From Camelus dromedarius (lineage: Eukaryota): 64,000 nucleotides of DNA. Within the stretch, counting starts at the first letter, position 1. Each line of letters opens with the position of its first letter. The notes beneath the pieces were generated by a model that ran no database searches, was not told where the DNA came from, and saw nothing but the letters and a program-made list of their open reading frames with translations. Shown piece after piece: positions 12,529 to 23,419 of this stretch. A program made the translations under genes and the position numbers. The stretch is from assembly GCF_036321535.1 (NCBI RefSeq), contig NC_087472.1:102736001-102800000 (forward strand), given 5' to 3'.

Positions 12529-13636
12529 TTTTAAAATTTTTTTATTTTTCATTTATTTTTTATTTTTAATAGACTTTATTCTTTTAGAGCAGTTTCAGGT
12601 TCACAACAGAATTGAGCAGAAAACAGTTTGCACATAGCCCTCCCCACCTATACATATATACTCCCCTACCCTTAACATCCCTCATCAATGTGGCATATTT
12701 GGTACAATTGATGAATCAACATGGGCACATTATTACCAACCAAAATCCATAGTTCACTCTTGATGTTGTACATTCTATGGGCTTTGACAAATGCATAATG
12801 ACATGCAGCCACCACTATAGTATCATACAGAATAGTTTCATTGCCCTAAAAATCCCTTTTGCTCCGACTATTCATTCCTCCCTCCCTCCCTCTCCCCAAA
12901 CCCCTGGAAACCACGATCTTTTTATTGTTTCTGTAGCTGTGCCTTTTCCAGAATATCATTTGGTTGGAATCATACAGTTTGTAGCCTTTTCAGATTGGCT
13001 TCTTTCATTCGGTAATATGTCTTTTAAGTTTCTTCTGTCTTTCATGGCTTGACAGATTCTTTTTTTTAACTGCACATGTTTTTAAATTTACATATATGTA
13101 CTGTTCATTGTGTCTAAGAACATTTAGAGCTTTAGCTTTTTAAACTTACATAGTTATCAAAGGAATAAAGCCAACTACAAATAAGAATTAACTCAAAAAG
13201 ATACATACACTCTGCTATTAACAGCAACATTTGTAATCGCCAAGACAATGGAAGCATCATAAGTGCACATCAATAGTTGAACAGATAATGGAGATGCAGC
13301 ATATCTATACGTAATGAAATACAACTCACCCATAAAAAGGAAGGATACTTTGCCATTTGCGGCCCTTTACTTTTTTTTTCCACTTCAAAAACCAGAATTT
13401 TATAACCGGCAGAGACATTTCCATTGCATCAAAATCAACAAAATACCCAGAAATAAACTTAACCAAGGAGGTTACCCATACTCTGAAAGCCAAAATGATA
13501 CAAAGAAATGGAAAGATATCTTGTGCTCTTGGATTGGAAGAATCAATAGTGGCAAAATGGCCACACTACACAAAGCAATCCACAGATCCAATGCAATCCC
13601 CATCAAAATACTCGGGACATTCCTCACAGAACTACA
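12529..13636 (-). mobile_element. Composite L1-derived retro-insertion with perfect 14-bp TSD
   Basis: TSD accattagcttctt at 12515-12528 and 13637-13650; T-rich tail, antisense old L1MA-type 3'UTR (about 12560-13055), second T tract at about 13059, then sense L1 ORF2 pieces (13190-13360, 13420-13636). Confidence 0.85.
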
Positions 13637-14616
13637 ACCATTAGCTTCTTAGCTCCAAAATTTGGCCCCCACCCAACAGCCCGTAGGCAACAGTGCTGGG
13701 ATGCCTCAGGCCAAACAACTAACTGGACGGAGTTGGCTGCCTTAAGCCTAAAGAGCTGCCTCTGGACATGCCCCAGCCTACTGGAGGGCCAGGACCCAGC
13801 TCCGCCCACCAGTGGGCCCTGCTCACCAGGAAGCCTACACAAAAGCCTCTAGACCAGTCTCACCTAGCAGGGGGCAAACACCACAAGCAAGAAAACTATG
13901 ATCCAGCAATGAAGGTCAGACCTGACCCTGGGACCAGCAGGGCCATGGCTCTGCCCACAAGCAGACCACTGCAACCTGTGGGACACCCCAGACCCCATTC
14001 TCAACTGTGTCGGGAACCACCCGCCACCCCCCTATACTGCCACAATGATTTGAAATGAGCTCTGGGATCCCTGGGCCCTGCAGCCAGACTCCAGGCCCCA
14101 ACTCTGCCTTCTAGTCCAGCACTAACCCCAGGATCTGGTTCACCTGCCAGTGGGTTGGGGGCAACAGCCCCAGAGTCTTCGGGACCCTGACTCCACCCAC
14201 CAGTGAGCCAGCACTAGCCCTGGGGCCCCCTAGGGTTCCCCAACCAGCCACCTCAGTGACCAGGCCCCGCTAGTCAGCATCCACACAAGGTTGGGCCAGA
14301 CAACCGACCAGACCGGGGGCCAACCAAGCCTGCCAGACACTCCCCGCCCCCACACAGTCAGCCCTCCACAACAGAAGGACCCGCACAGCCCTCTTGGGAA
14401 CCCCCAGAGCATACAGCTTGGGGGAAGGGAGGGGAGTGAGCTGCAGGGAGGCACAGGATGTCTCCTACAGAGGGCCACTTCTCCAAGGTCGAGACATAAC
14501 CTACCACATACACAAAAATACCAAAACCAACTCAGACAAAATGAGGTGGCAGAGGAACATGTTCCGGACGAAGGAGACAAAACCCCAGAAGAACTACATG
14601 AAGCGGAGATAGGCAA

Positions 14617-14945
14617 TGTTGGCCGTCTTAAGTGAGTAGGCCGTGGGACCCAGGTCAAAGTTCATGATAACTTGCATGTGTATGAGGTAAGAAGTAAATG
14701 TACGCATGTGCTAGCAGCATGAGTCAGCATTATGAACAATACGCATGCGCCAGTAGCATGAGTACGCTTTATGAACAACACGCATGCCCAGGCGTAATAA
14801 AAGCCCAAGTGCATACACCTGAGTGCGTGTGCCACCCACCTGTACTGCAATGAAGTGCTGTTTTGCTCTGTGTTGGCTCCTCACGCCTTCTTCCAGTTGG
14901 GCAGCTCACCTCCTGGGACCCCTCTCCAGCCTCCCGTGGCTGACA
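14617..14945 (+). mobile_element. Young 329-bp solo LTR with 5-bp TSD (ERVL/MaLR-like by TSD length)
   Basis: TG...CA ends, perfect TSD ggcaa (14612-14616, 14946-14950), taataaaa at about 14795, internal 39-bp tandem repeats; splits L1 ORF1. Confidence 0.9.
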
Positions 14946-15019
14946 GGCAACCTACCCAAGAAAGAGCTCAGAGTAGATGTTGTAAAGATGATCAAAGAAC
15001 TCGGGAGGAGAATGGACAC

Positions 15020-15510
15020 ACGGGAAAAAACGGCTGAAACAATTTTTGCCGAAATCCTACCTTTGGCGTCCTGAAGGCAGATACAAATAACCGATGGCAA
15101 TGGTGAAAATTTAATGGTTCCCTGAGATTCAATAGGGGTGAGGGAAGGGAGTGTACGGAGATAGTTTTCGAAATTTCCGACGATTCATTCAGGCCTTACC
15201 TTGCCGTGTGTTCGATGCAGTCTCATGACGCTCTCCAGTTGTGAAGGGTTTTTCTCCAAAGAAAGGTCTCCAAAAACCACTGAGGCCCGCGAACTGCAGG
15301 AATCGCCATAAAAAAGAACTCTCTAGCAGCGTCTTTTATTCTGACCTTGAGCAGCTAGACGCCAACAGACCCTCCCTCCGCGAGATCGCGAGATCGCGAG
15401 ATCTCGTCCCAGCAAACGCCAATCCCCAGCTTTCAAAATAAAAGCCAATTCAGGGGCACCTGACATAACTCCCTCCTCCCCTTCCTGTGAGCCAACAGGT
15501 GAGACTTCTC
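15020..15510. promoter_or_regulatory. Candidate CpG-rich (probably bidirectional) promoter
   Basis: Non-repeat CpG-dense segment; (t/c)cgcgaga x3 at 15378-15401; CCAAT at 15419 and 15445; minus-strand donor CAAG|GTAAGG at 15200/15199; plus-strand donor CAG|GTGAGA at 15498/15499. Confidence 0.7.
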
Positions 15511-16182
15511 TAGAATAACATTAAAACCTGAACAGAACAACTCATGTGAAATGGTTCGCAGTAATAAACAGCACCCAAAGAGCCTTATGGAAACATTTCA
15601 AGTTGTGAATCAGACGTTATCCTAGGTCTGGGTGGCTAACTTCAAGGAAGACTGCGCTAGTTATTTAAATTAACGCAGGACCAGCTGTTTGGCATTTGCA
15701 AGAGCAGGCTTCCTAAAGAGACACATCAGAATAATTTGGAGTTCTGGTCCAGAAACTTTAAGATTTTCCATCTTCATGATGGTTCTTATTGCACCTGCCC
15801 AAGGTGGGGACCAAAGTCTAACTACTACTCAGCGTCAAACAAATGTGTTAACAAATCAATACGGAAGAGAGAAAATGCCCATGGCCTGATGTGGCCAGGA
15901 AAGAATTCCTTCCAGTTTGTTTCAAAACCAGTATCTAAAGGATTTGATGAGACAAAAAGTTTTCTATAAAATATTATTTTGGAGGTCTTGTTTGTTACAA
16001 TCTTGGTAAAATACAAAATAAATGCCTTCAGCTATGATCTGCCTGGGGAAATACTGAATGGACAGTGAGAGGGAATGTTGATATTTATTAGCCACTTGGT
16101 ATCATAGAAAAAAAGCATTGAACTTAGAAATTAGGAGAGTTCATTTTAAGTTAATTATGAGACCTTAGTTAAGTTACTTAGC

Positions 16183-16372
16183 CTAGTGGAGCTCAAACTT
16201 GAGTGAGTCTTAGAGAATCACACGGAAAGCTTGTTAAAACACAGATTCCTGGATCCCGGCTGTGGGGATTCTGATTCACTAGGCCTGGGATGGGGTCTGA
16301 AATTCTGCATTTCTAACAAGCTCCCAGGTGATACTGTTGCTGCTGGTTTAGGGGCCACACTTTGAGGAGCAA
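16183..16372. mobile_element. MER5A inserted in a MIR
   Basis: agaatcacacggaaagcttgttaaaacacagattcctgg...ttctgattcactagg...tgcatttctaacaagctcccaggtgat...ccacactttgag; MIR-like flanks 16110-16182 and 16375-16445. Confidence 0.9.
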
Positions 16373-16664
16373 GGAAGTCTTAAACTAGACTCTCTGTTAA
16401 ATGATTACTTGGGTCTCTTCTAGCTCCATAAAATTCTCTGAGGTTTGATTTTGTTCTACTTGTTCTGCTGAAAGTCTGTAATTTTTCTTTCTAATGGAGA
16501 TGGCTAACAGTAGGGCATAAATAAAATCACTCAGGGCGCAGCTGTCTTAGGGAACATTTGTTGCTATAGAGGTATTAGCCATTAGGAACAGGTGCCTACT
16601 TAAACATTTTACACTCAATTTTATGTTTGAGTCTCCTAAGTGAAGTGACAAAATTCCTCTGGAA

Positions 16665-16760
16665 GGCTTAAGTTGGAGTCAACTCTGCCACTTAGTAGCC
16701 CTGTGACCTTAGCCTTTCTTTGTTTCCTCATTTGTTAAATGGGGAAACCAATTGCAAGTC
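16665..16760 (+). mobile_element. MIR fragment
   Basis: ctctgccacttagtagccctgtgaccttag...tttcctcatttgttaaatgggg. Confidence 0.75.
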
Positions 16761-17009
16761 CTTTGCATATGCACTGATTTCTGAGAATAAATCTATAGAT
16801 ATCTGTTGGGAAACTGACTTGGGACATGTTTCTTGTTCCTGCTCTAAGACACATGTTGGAAAAATGGTAATGCCGTGACAGGAATCATTTGTTTTCGGCA
16901 TCATCTCACTTCCCTTCTGTGTCCAGTCCCCACATTCTGACACTGCTTTTCTTATCCTTCAAGTGTCCAGTGTCCTTTGTGCTCTTTGATCACTTAAAAA
17001 AAAAAAACC

Positions 17010-18386
17010 CATTTTATTAAGTAAGGTTGACACACAGAAAGCTGTTGATATTTAATATATACACCTTGGACATTTACAGCCATGAAACCATCATCACAGT
17101 CTGTGCCATAAATGTTGATACCCTCCAAAATTTCCTCCTGCCTTCATTATTCATTTTTTTGTGATAACAGCATGTAACATGAGACTTACCTTCTTAGTAC
17201 GTTTTTAAGTATACAATACAGTACTGTTAGCTGTGGGCACTGTGCTGTACAGTAGAGCTCCAGGATGTATTCATCTTGTGTAACCAAAACTTTGTGCTGT
17301 CTCATTAATACCTCCCCTTTTCCCTTCCCCCCAGCCCCTGGCAACCATCATTCTGTTTTCTGCTTCTATGTATTTGACTGGATTCCTCATATGCATGGTA
17401 TCATGCAGCATTTTTCCTTCTGTGTCTGGCTAATTTCACTTAGCATAATGTCCTCCAAGTTCATCCATGTTGCAGCAAATGGGAGGATTTCCTTCTCTTT
17501 TAAGGCTGAATAATATTCCATTGTATACATACAGCATATTTTTCAATCCATTCATCCATCAGTGGACATTTAGGTTGCTTCCACATCTTGGCTATTGTGA
17601 ATAATGCTATCATGAACATGGGAGTGCAGGTACCTTTTTTGGGATAGTGACTTTGTTTCCTTTAGATATATACCAGAAGTGAGGCTGCTGGATCATACAG
17701 TAATTCTGTTTATTTATTATATCATTTAATTGTTTTATTTTGGCAGGAGGGAGGTAATTAGCTTTATATTTATTTTTGGAGGAGATGCTGGGGATTGAAC
17801 CCAGGATCTCATGCATGCTAAGCATGTGCTCTACCACTGAGCTATACCCTCCTCCCCAATAGTTCTATTTACAAATTTTTGAGGAAACTCCATATGATTT
17901 TTCATAGTGGCTGTACCAATGTACATTTCCAGCAACAGTGTACAAGGGTTCCCTTTTCTCTACATCCTCACCATATTTGTTATATACAATATATATAATT
18001 TTGATAATAACCATCCTAAACAGGTGCAAGGTGATACCTCATTGTGGTTTCGATTTGCATTTCCCTGATAATTAGTGATATTGAGCACTTTTTCATATAC
18101 CTGGCCATTTGTATGTCTTCTTTGGAGAAATGTCTATTCAGTTTCTTTGCTCATTTTTAAATTGCATATTTTTTTAATTAAAAAATTTTTGCTATTGAGT
18201 TGTAGGCATTCTTTATATATTTTGAATACTAACCCTTTATTAGATATATGATATGCAAATATTTTTTCCTCTTCTGTATGTTGCCTTTTCATTTTGGTGT
18301 TGGTTCCTTTGCTGTGCAGAAGCTTTTTAGTTCGATGCAATCTCACTTGTTTATTTTTGCTTTTGTTGCCTATGCTTTTAGGTGTC
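17010..18386 (-). mobile_element. L1MA-type 3' region (ORF2 end and 3'UTR)
   Basis: Canonical antisense L1: cacttagcataatgtcctccaagttcatccatgttg; ORF 18134..18346(-) resembles the ORF2 C-terminus. Confidence 0.95.
17710..17857 (-). mobile_element. vic-1-like tRNA-Ala SINE nested in L1
   Basis: gaggtaattag...ggggattgaacccagg...gcatgctaagcatgtgctctaccactgagctataccctcctcccc; degenerate TSD agtaattctgttt/aatagttctattt. Confidence 0.92.
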
Positions 18387-19085
18387 TGTGATACTGTGAT
18401 TTATAAGAAATGTATATTCATTCAGATGACCAAGATATATTTCATATATATATTTGGCCTTTGTCCCAAGTTCCTGGCTCACAGTTTCCAAAACCCTTGG
18501 AATTTCCTAAGTGATGAGGGCAACAAAGGTCTTTTGTTATGTTAGTGAGGTGACTTTTGAACTCAACCTAACATTGGGGGCTGGTTGCCAGTGGAGCCAA
18601 CCATGTGATTAGAGGGTTGGTTGACCCTGGGGGTGGAGATAGGGGCTGGAGGTTGAATCATTTGACAATGGTCAATGATTCAATCAATCATGACTATGTA
18701 ATGAAGCCTCCGTTAAAACTCCAAAAAGGATGGGGTTCTGAGAAGTTCCATTTTGGTGAACCCATGGAGGTGTTGGGAGAGTGGTGCACCTGGAGAGGCA
18801 TGGAAGTCCCATGCCCATCCCTACATACTTGCCCTATCTATCTCTTCCACCTGGCTGTTCCTGAGTTATAGCCTTTTATAATAAACTGGTAATCTAGTAA
18901 ATAAAATGTTTCTCTGAGTTCTGTGAGCTGCTCTAGCAAATTAGCTGAATCTGAGGAGGGGTCATGGGAACCTGTGATTTATAGCCAGTTAGTCAGAAGT
19001 ACTATCTGGACTTGTTATTGGCATCCTGAGTTGGAGAGGCTCATTGAAACCAACAATCTATAGCCGATTGGTCAGAAGCACAGAA
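18387..19085 (+). mobile_element. MER21-family LTR (3' end missing or interrupted)
   Basis: tgtgatactgtgatttataagaaat...aaaacccttggaatttcctaagtgat...ctcttccacctggctgttcctgagtt...ttctctgagttctgtgagctgctctagcaaatt. Confidence 0.85.
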
Positions 19086-19793
19086 GTGAGGGAATCCAGA
19101 AACAAAGGAAAGGCAGTCAAGCAAGAAAAGTAATGGTAGCTTAAACAATAGTTCACCAATAAACAGAGTCCTAGTTCCTCCTCAAGGAATATGTATAACA
19201 ATCTGACATGTATTATTGAGTTGTTCTGCAGAAATGAAGGCCTGCCTCCCCAAGTGGAGGATGATGCCTATATGCTGACCACAAGCATGCAGACCCCACA
19301 CTGGTTAGAACTAGAAGGTTGTTACCTCACCACCAACCGATAAAAACTCTACAAGCTGCAACCCACACTCCAAATGTTGCCTTAAAAAACCCTTTGATAG
19401 AGGAGCAAGAGAGGGGTAAGAGATTAAGAGATACAAACTACTATATATAAAATAAATAAGCTACAAGGATATATTGTACAACACAGGGAATATAGCCAAT
19501 ATTTTATAATAAGTATAAATGGGGTAAAACCCTTAAAAATTGTGAAACTACTATGTTGTACACCTGCAACTTATATAATGTTATAAACCAACTATACCTC
19601 AATAAAAAATAAAAAAATAAAAACCCTTTCTTGAAAGCCATCAGGGAGTTTGGGTCCTTTGAACATGAGCTGCCCATTCTCCTTGCTTGGTGCCCTGCAA
19701 TAAACACCATACTTTCCTTCACTATAACCCAGTGTCAGTACGTTGGCTTTGCTGCATGGTGGGCGAACTGACCTAAGTTTGATTTGGTTAACA
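19086..19793 (+). mobile_element. ERV1-type solo LTR interrupted by an L1 3' end
   Basis: Ends ttggttaaca with AATAAA at 19699; gagtttgggtcctttgaacatgagctgcccattctccttgcttgg is typical of laurasiatherian ERV1 LTRs. Confidence 0.75.
19396..19618 (+). mobile_element. Short L1 3' end with TSD
   Basis: gatacaaactactatatataaaataaataagctacaaggatatattgtacaacacaggg...caataaaaaat; TSD aaaaacccttt (19385-19395, 19619-19629). Confidence 0.9.
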
Positions 19794-20343
19794 CCATCTA
19801 GGTAAAGATGGATAAAATTAGAACATTTTGCAGGTTCTTTTTAGTTGCTGAGTAGTGAGAGAAGTCCTTTACTTGGAATCATTCATAATTCAAAATGGAG
19901 CAATTATGTGTTTCCAAGAAAACAGTGCTATATAGGTGGTCTTGTCATTACCGGACTTTATCACTCACATTATATAAATACGGAAAATAGCAGTTAGCAA
20001 AACGACAATCGTGAATTTAGAGTAAAGTCGTTTTGCTTTCATCATAGGCCCTTTCCTCCTGATGGAATTTAATGCAGGTAGATCTCTCTAACTGAAAAAA
20101 ATGCAGACCCATTGCTCCTCTGTCATTCATTCTGTGATGACTCAAAGTAATCCTTGACAACTTGATTTTTCAAAATAAGTAGTGACCATAGAACTCCTGT
20201 CCATGAGCCTTTTTATGTATTTCATTTTCTTAATTTCAGTTAGAAGAATCCAGAGCCAGCGATTTTTAAAGTCTCTAGAACTATCACATCTTTAGCTATG
20301 TGCTTTATAATCTTGTGAATTATTTTTTTCTTCAATGATGTGA

Positions 20344-20377
<34 letters not shown>
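20344..20377. repeat. (TAT)n microsatellite
   Basis: Directly visible tattattatt run. Confidence 0.95.
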
Positions 20378-20719
20378 GTATTTACTTTTAATAATAATCA
20401 TAAAACTTAAGGAAACTTCTTTTCACTTCCATAGAAAAGGTAAACATGAAGAGACTAGGGAGCCAGATATATTTTTTATTCCTCTTTTTTCTTAGGATTG
20501 TATCATCTGAAGGTGATTGACTATACTGAACTCAAATAAAAAATTAAATATTACATTTCTGCCAACTGTGTGTGGGATAGAGTTATGGAATTTGGGGGAG
20601 TTTCACAGAACTATAGACAATATGTCCTCTGGGCTAAGCTATTTATACTGAGTGTTAGATCAGAAATCCATAAAAGAGGATACTAAAATACCAATTTTTC
20701 CTCTTGAAAAATATGCTTT

Positions 20720-20880
20720 ACTCATTTAATCTTAAAATAGCTTTATGAGGTAAGTTATTATTCACATTTCATAGATGAGAAGCTGAGGCCCAGAGAGGTC
20801 AAGCTAAGAAATGGCAGAGGTGGGATTCATACCCAGGCAGTGTTCTCTATTGTCTAAACTTTTAACCACTCTGCAGCACT
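20720..20880 (-). mobile_element. MIR
   Basis: ctcatttaatcttaaaatagctttatgaggtaag...atagatgagaagctgaggcccagagagg...gggattcatacccaggcagt. Confidence 0.85.
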
Positions 20881-21252
20881 GCTTCCATAAAAGAGGCAAA
20901 ATCTGAAACAATGAGAACGACGACAACACACAAAGAAGACAATAACTGACAGGTAATCAGTGTCTCATCCTGGGATGGGCTGGGAATCAGTACAATTTCA
21001 ACTGAATCTTGTGCCCTTTAGAATGTTAATACAAGGAGAAACCAAAACATCATCCAGTACAGTTCTCTGACTGCTGGGTGAGAAGCTCAACCTGAGAGCA
21101 AATTTGGAGTATTGACTTCTAGCAGTGAATGGACATGTATAGTATTAGACAGACTGCTTGTGTTTCCTGAGAGCAACCTGAAAATTCATGGAGTTATTTT
21201 CACACGGGGCAGGGGAAGAGCTAGCCCTGTTAAGCATATTTAAGGGGTGAAT

Positions 21253-21461
21253 AAAGGGCTTCTCAACTTTGGCACTGCTGACATTGTGACCAGGTCATTC
21301 TTTATCGTAGGGACTGTCCTGTGCACCGCGTGATCTTTAGCGGAATCCTTGGTCTCTACCCGCTAGATGTCAGTAGCACCTCCTCCAGTTGTGAATCAAA
21401 AGTCTCCAGACATTGTCAAGTGTTCCCTGGGGGGCAAAACTGACTCTTCGGAGAACCACTG
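21253..21461 (+). mobile_element. MER20 hAT MITE
   Basis: ttctcaactttggcactgctgacatt...ctgtcctgtgcac...ctctacccgctagatgtcagtagcac...tctccagacattgtcaagtgttccctgggggg...gagaaccactg. Confidence 0.92.
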
Positions 21462-21946
21462 GGCTAATGGGAGACAAAAATACAATTGCCTCAGGATTAC
21501 ATGCTTGTTGTTACACCCGTTAAAATGGCGTGTAAAAGCCCTCTCTTCTCTGCCTCCTTGGCTCCTGCCAAGATACTCTGGCCTTATCTTTTAAGGCTCT
21601 TTTCATCTCTTCTCTTTGTTTTGCCCACTCCCAGGCACCCTACCACTTCCTACTAGGGGAGTGCCAGAAACTCAGATTTTTTCTTACTTGAGCATGCAGA
21701 GCAATTCAGCTTTCTCTTTGTCTCTTAAGAGTCCAGGAAGTTGGGGCAGTGTGTGTGAATGTGTGTGTATGTGTGATGTGGGGATGTGAGGATGTGGGAA
21801 TATGGAATGTGAGTGTTAATCTTTAATTCAAAATAACTCATCAAAGTTATCTTCCCCAAAGAGCCATATCTAATGGAAAGAAATCATGCCAATCCTCCAG
21901 TAGAAGTCACTGCAAATGTTAGAAGTTTTAACTAGGAAATGCTCCC

Positions 21947-22396
21947 TGATGGACAGCAGAATTTGTCACCCCAAAATATGCCACTTTGGCATGAGGATTA
22001 TTTTGAGCTAAAGGCAATAAAACCCCAGCAGTTTCAGGAAAAGCTATTTACCTCCCCCTCAACTGCCTAAATTTACATTGGAAAGGGGGCCTGGGTCTGG
22101 GGATACAAAGGGAAGGAAGGCCATTCACAGATAGGCAGAGATGTTTGAAAAACAAAAGTCGCCCTGTTATACAGATAAGTTTCCTAGTAAAAACAATTGG
22201 GTTTATACCCGCCAAAAACTCAGGATGTTATATAAGCCTCAATTACCTGGCTGCCCTTAGGGTCTCCTATTTTATGGGGCTCCCATAGGTACAAAATTTA
22301 TTTTGTTCTCCCGTTAATCTGTCTTATATCAATTTAATTATTAGATCATCCAAAGGATGTAGAAGGGAAGAAGGGACATTTTTGCAGCCCCTCCAT
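21947..22396 (+). mobile_element. MER34-related ERV1 solo LTR with internal inversion
   Basis: caccccaaaatatgccactttggcatgaggattattttgagctaaaggc at the 5' end; ctcccgttaatctgtcttatatcaatttaatt near the 3' end. Confidence 0.8.
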
Positions 22397-23419
22397 CCCC
22401 CAGTGCCCCTCCCTTCCCTTATGGAAAATGGGAGGGTAAATTCCAGAGTAGAGGCCCAGTGCTCTGTTTTTAGAGGAATCGTCTATAAATGCTATATGTA
22501 ACCAATTAAAACTTTCACCTCTTATGGGTAAAGTGTGTATATCAATCAGACATGAAGGGTGCAAACTTTCTAAATAAATGGATTACACGTAGTCAAAATA
22601 GGAAATGTACTATTTTATGCTGATATACAGTATATAGTTTTTATGATCCCACCTTATTTTGATTTCTGCTAAGAAGGAAAAGGAAAGGATTTTACAAGTA
22701 TGGCATTAAAAGTGGCAGGTATTTTTGAGGAAGGCTTTATTTTATATACAATTTTTGGAGAAATTATTGAGAGATGTTGTTTCTAGCTGCCCTGTTCATT
22801 TCATGAGAAGTTTCTCTATTGGTAGCATAAGCATTATAGGAAAAATACCTTGGGGTCTAAAAACTAGGAAAACATTCTGTTTCTTAAGCTTCCATCTAAA
22901 TAGTATTAGTCATTTTATCTTACGTTCTGATGAGTCATGCTTGCCTTTAAAATGTACAAACTATCCTCTGTATTATTCATCCTTCAATTCTTCTTTTCAT
23001 CCTTTAAGGTAAAATAACCTAAAAGAAATGGCTTTCAAATTCTAGGCTAGTATCCTATGATGACCTTTACTTTGAACATCTTTAATAAAAGGTCTTTCCA
23101 TTTTAATCACACAACCTGTCCTTTTTCTTTTAACAGTGGATTTCAACCATCATAAAAATGCTATTTGTCTGTTTACAGCCTACCCATTTTAAAGGATTTT
23201 TTTTGTAGCCGAATTGAGTGGTTAGCCACAGGCAAAAACTCAATGCTGTGTGTCTATGTAAATATCTATATATGTATATGTGTGTGTTGTTATTTTGTAA
23301 CTTGTCAGCTTCCTTTTGACTTCACCAATTGAAGTGCAAACAATAATAGTGTAATAATTGGGCTTGTACCTCCAAAGAAGTCTAATCAGCCAGCCCCCTT
23401 ATCTCTACTCCTAAATTCT

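Larger units (their letters stand above)
11246..15020 (+). mobile_element. L1 5' portion (5'UTR and start of ORF1), 3'-truncated, carrying three nested insertions
   Basis: Starts gagagcagccaacatggcagagcagaaagaccctga; GC-rich 5'UTR at 11940-12515 and 13651-14540; ORF1 start MRWQRNMF... at 14541, resuming after an LTR as LPKKELRVDVVKMIKELGRRMD. Confidence 0.85.

Noticed and set aside
14701..14790. CRISPR-like repeat array
   Set aside because: Head-to-tail 39-bp units without unique spacers, inside an LTR in mammalian DNA
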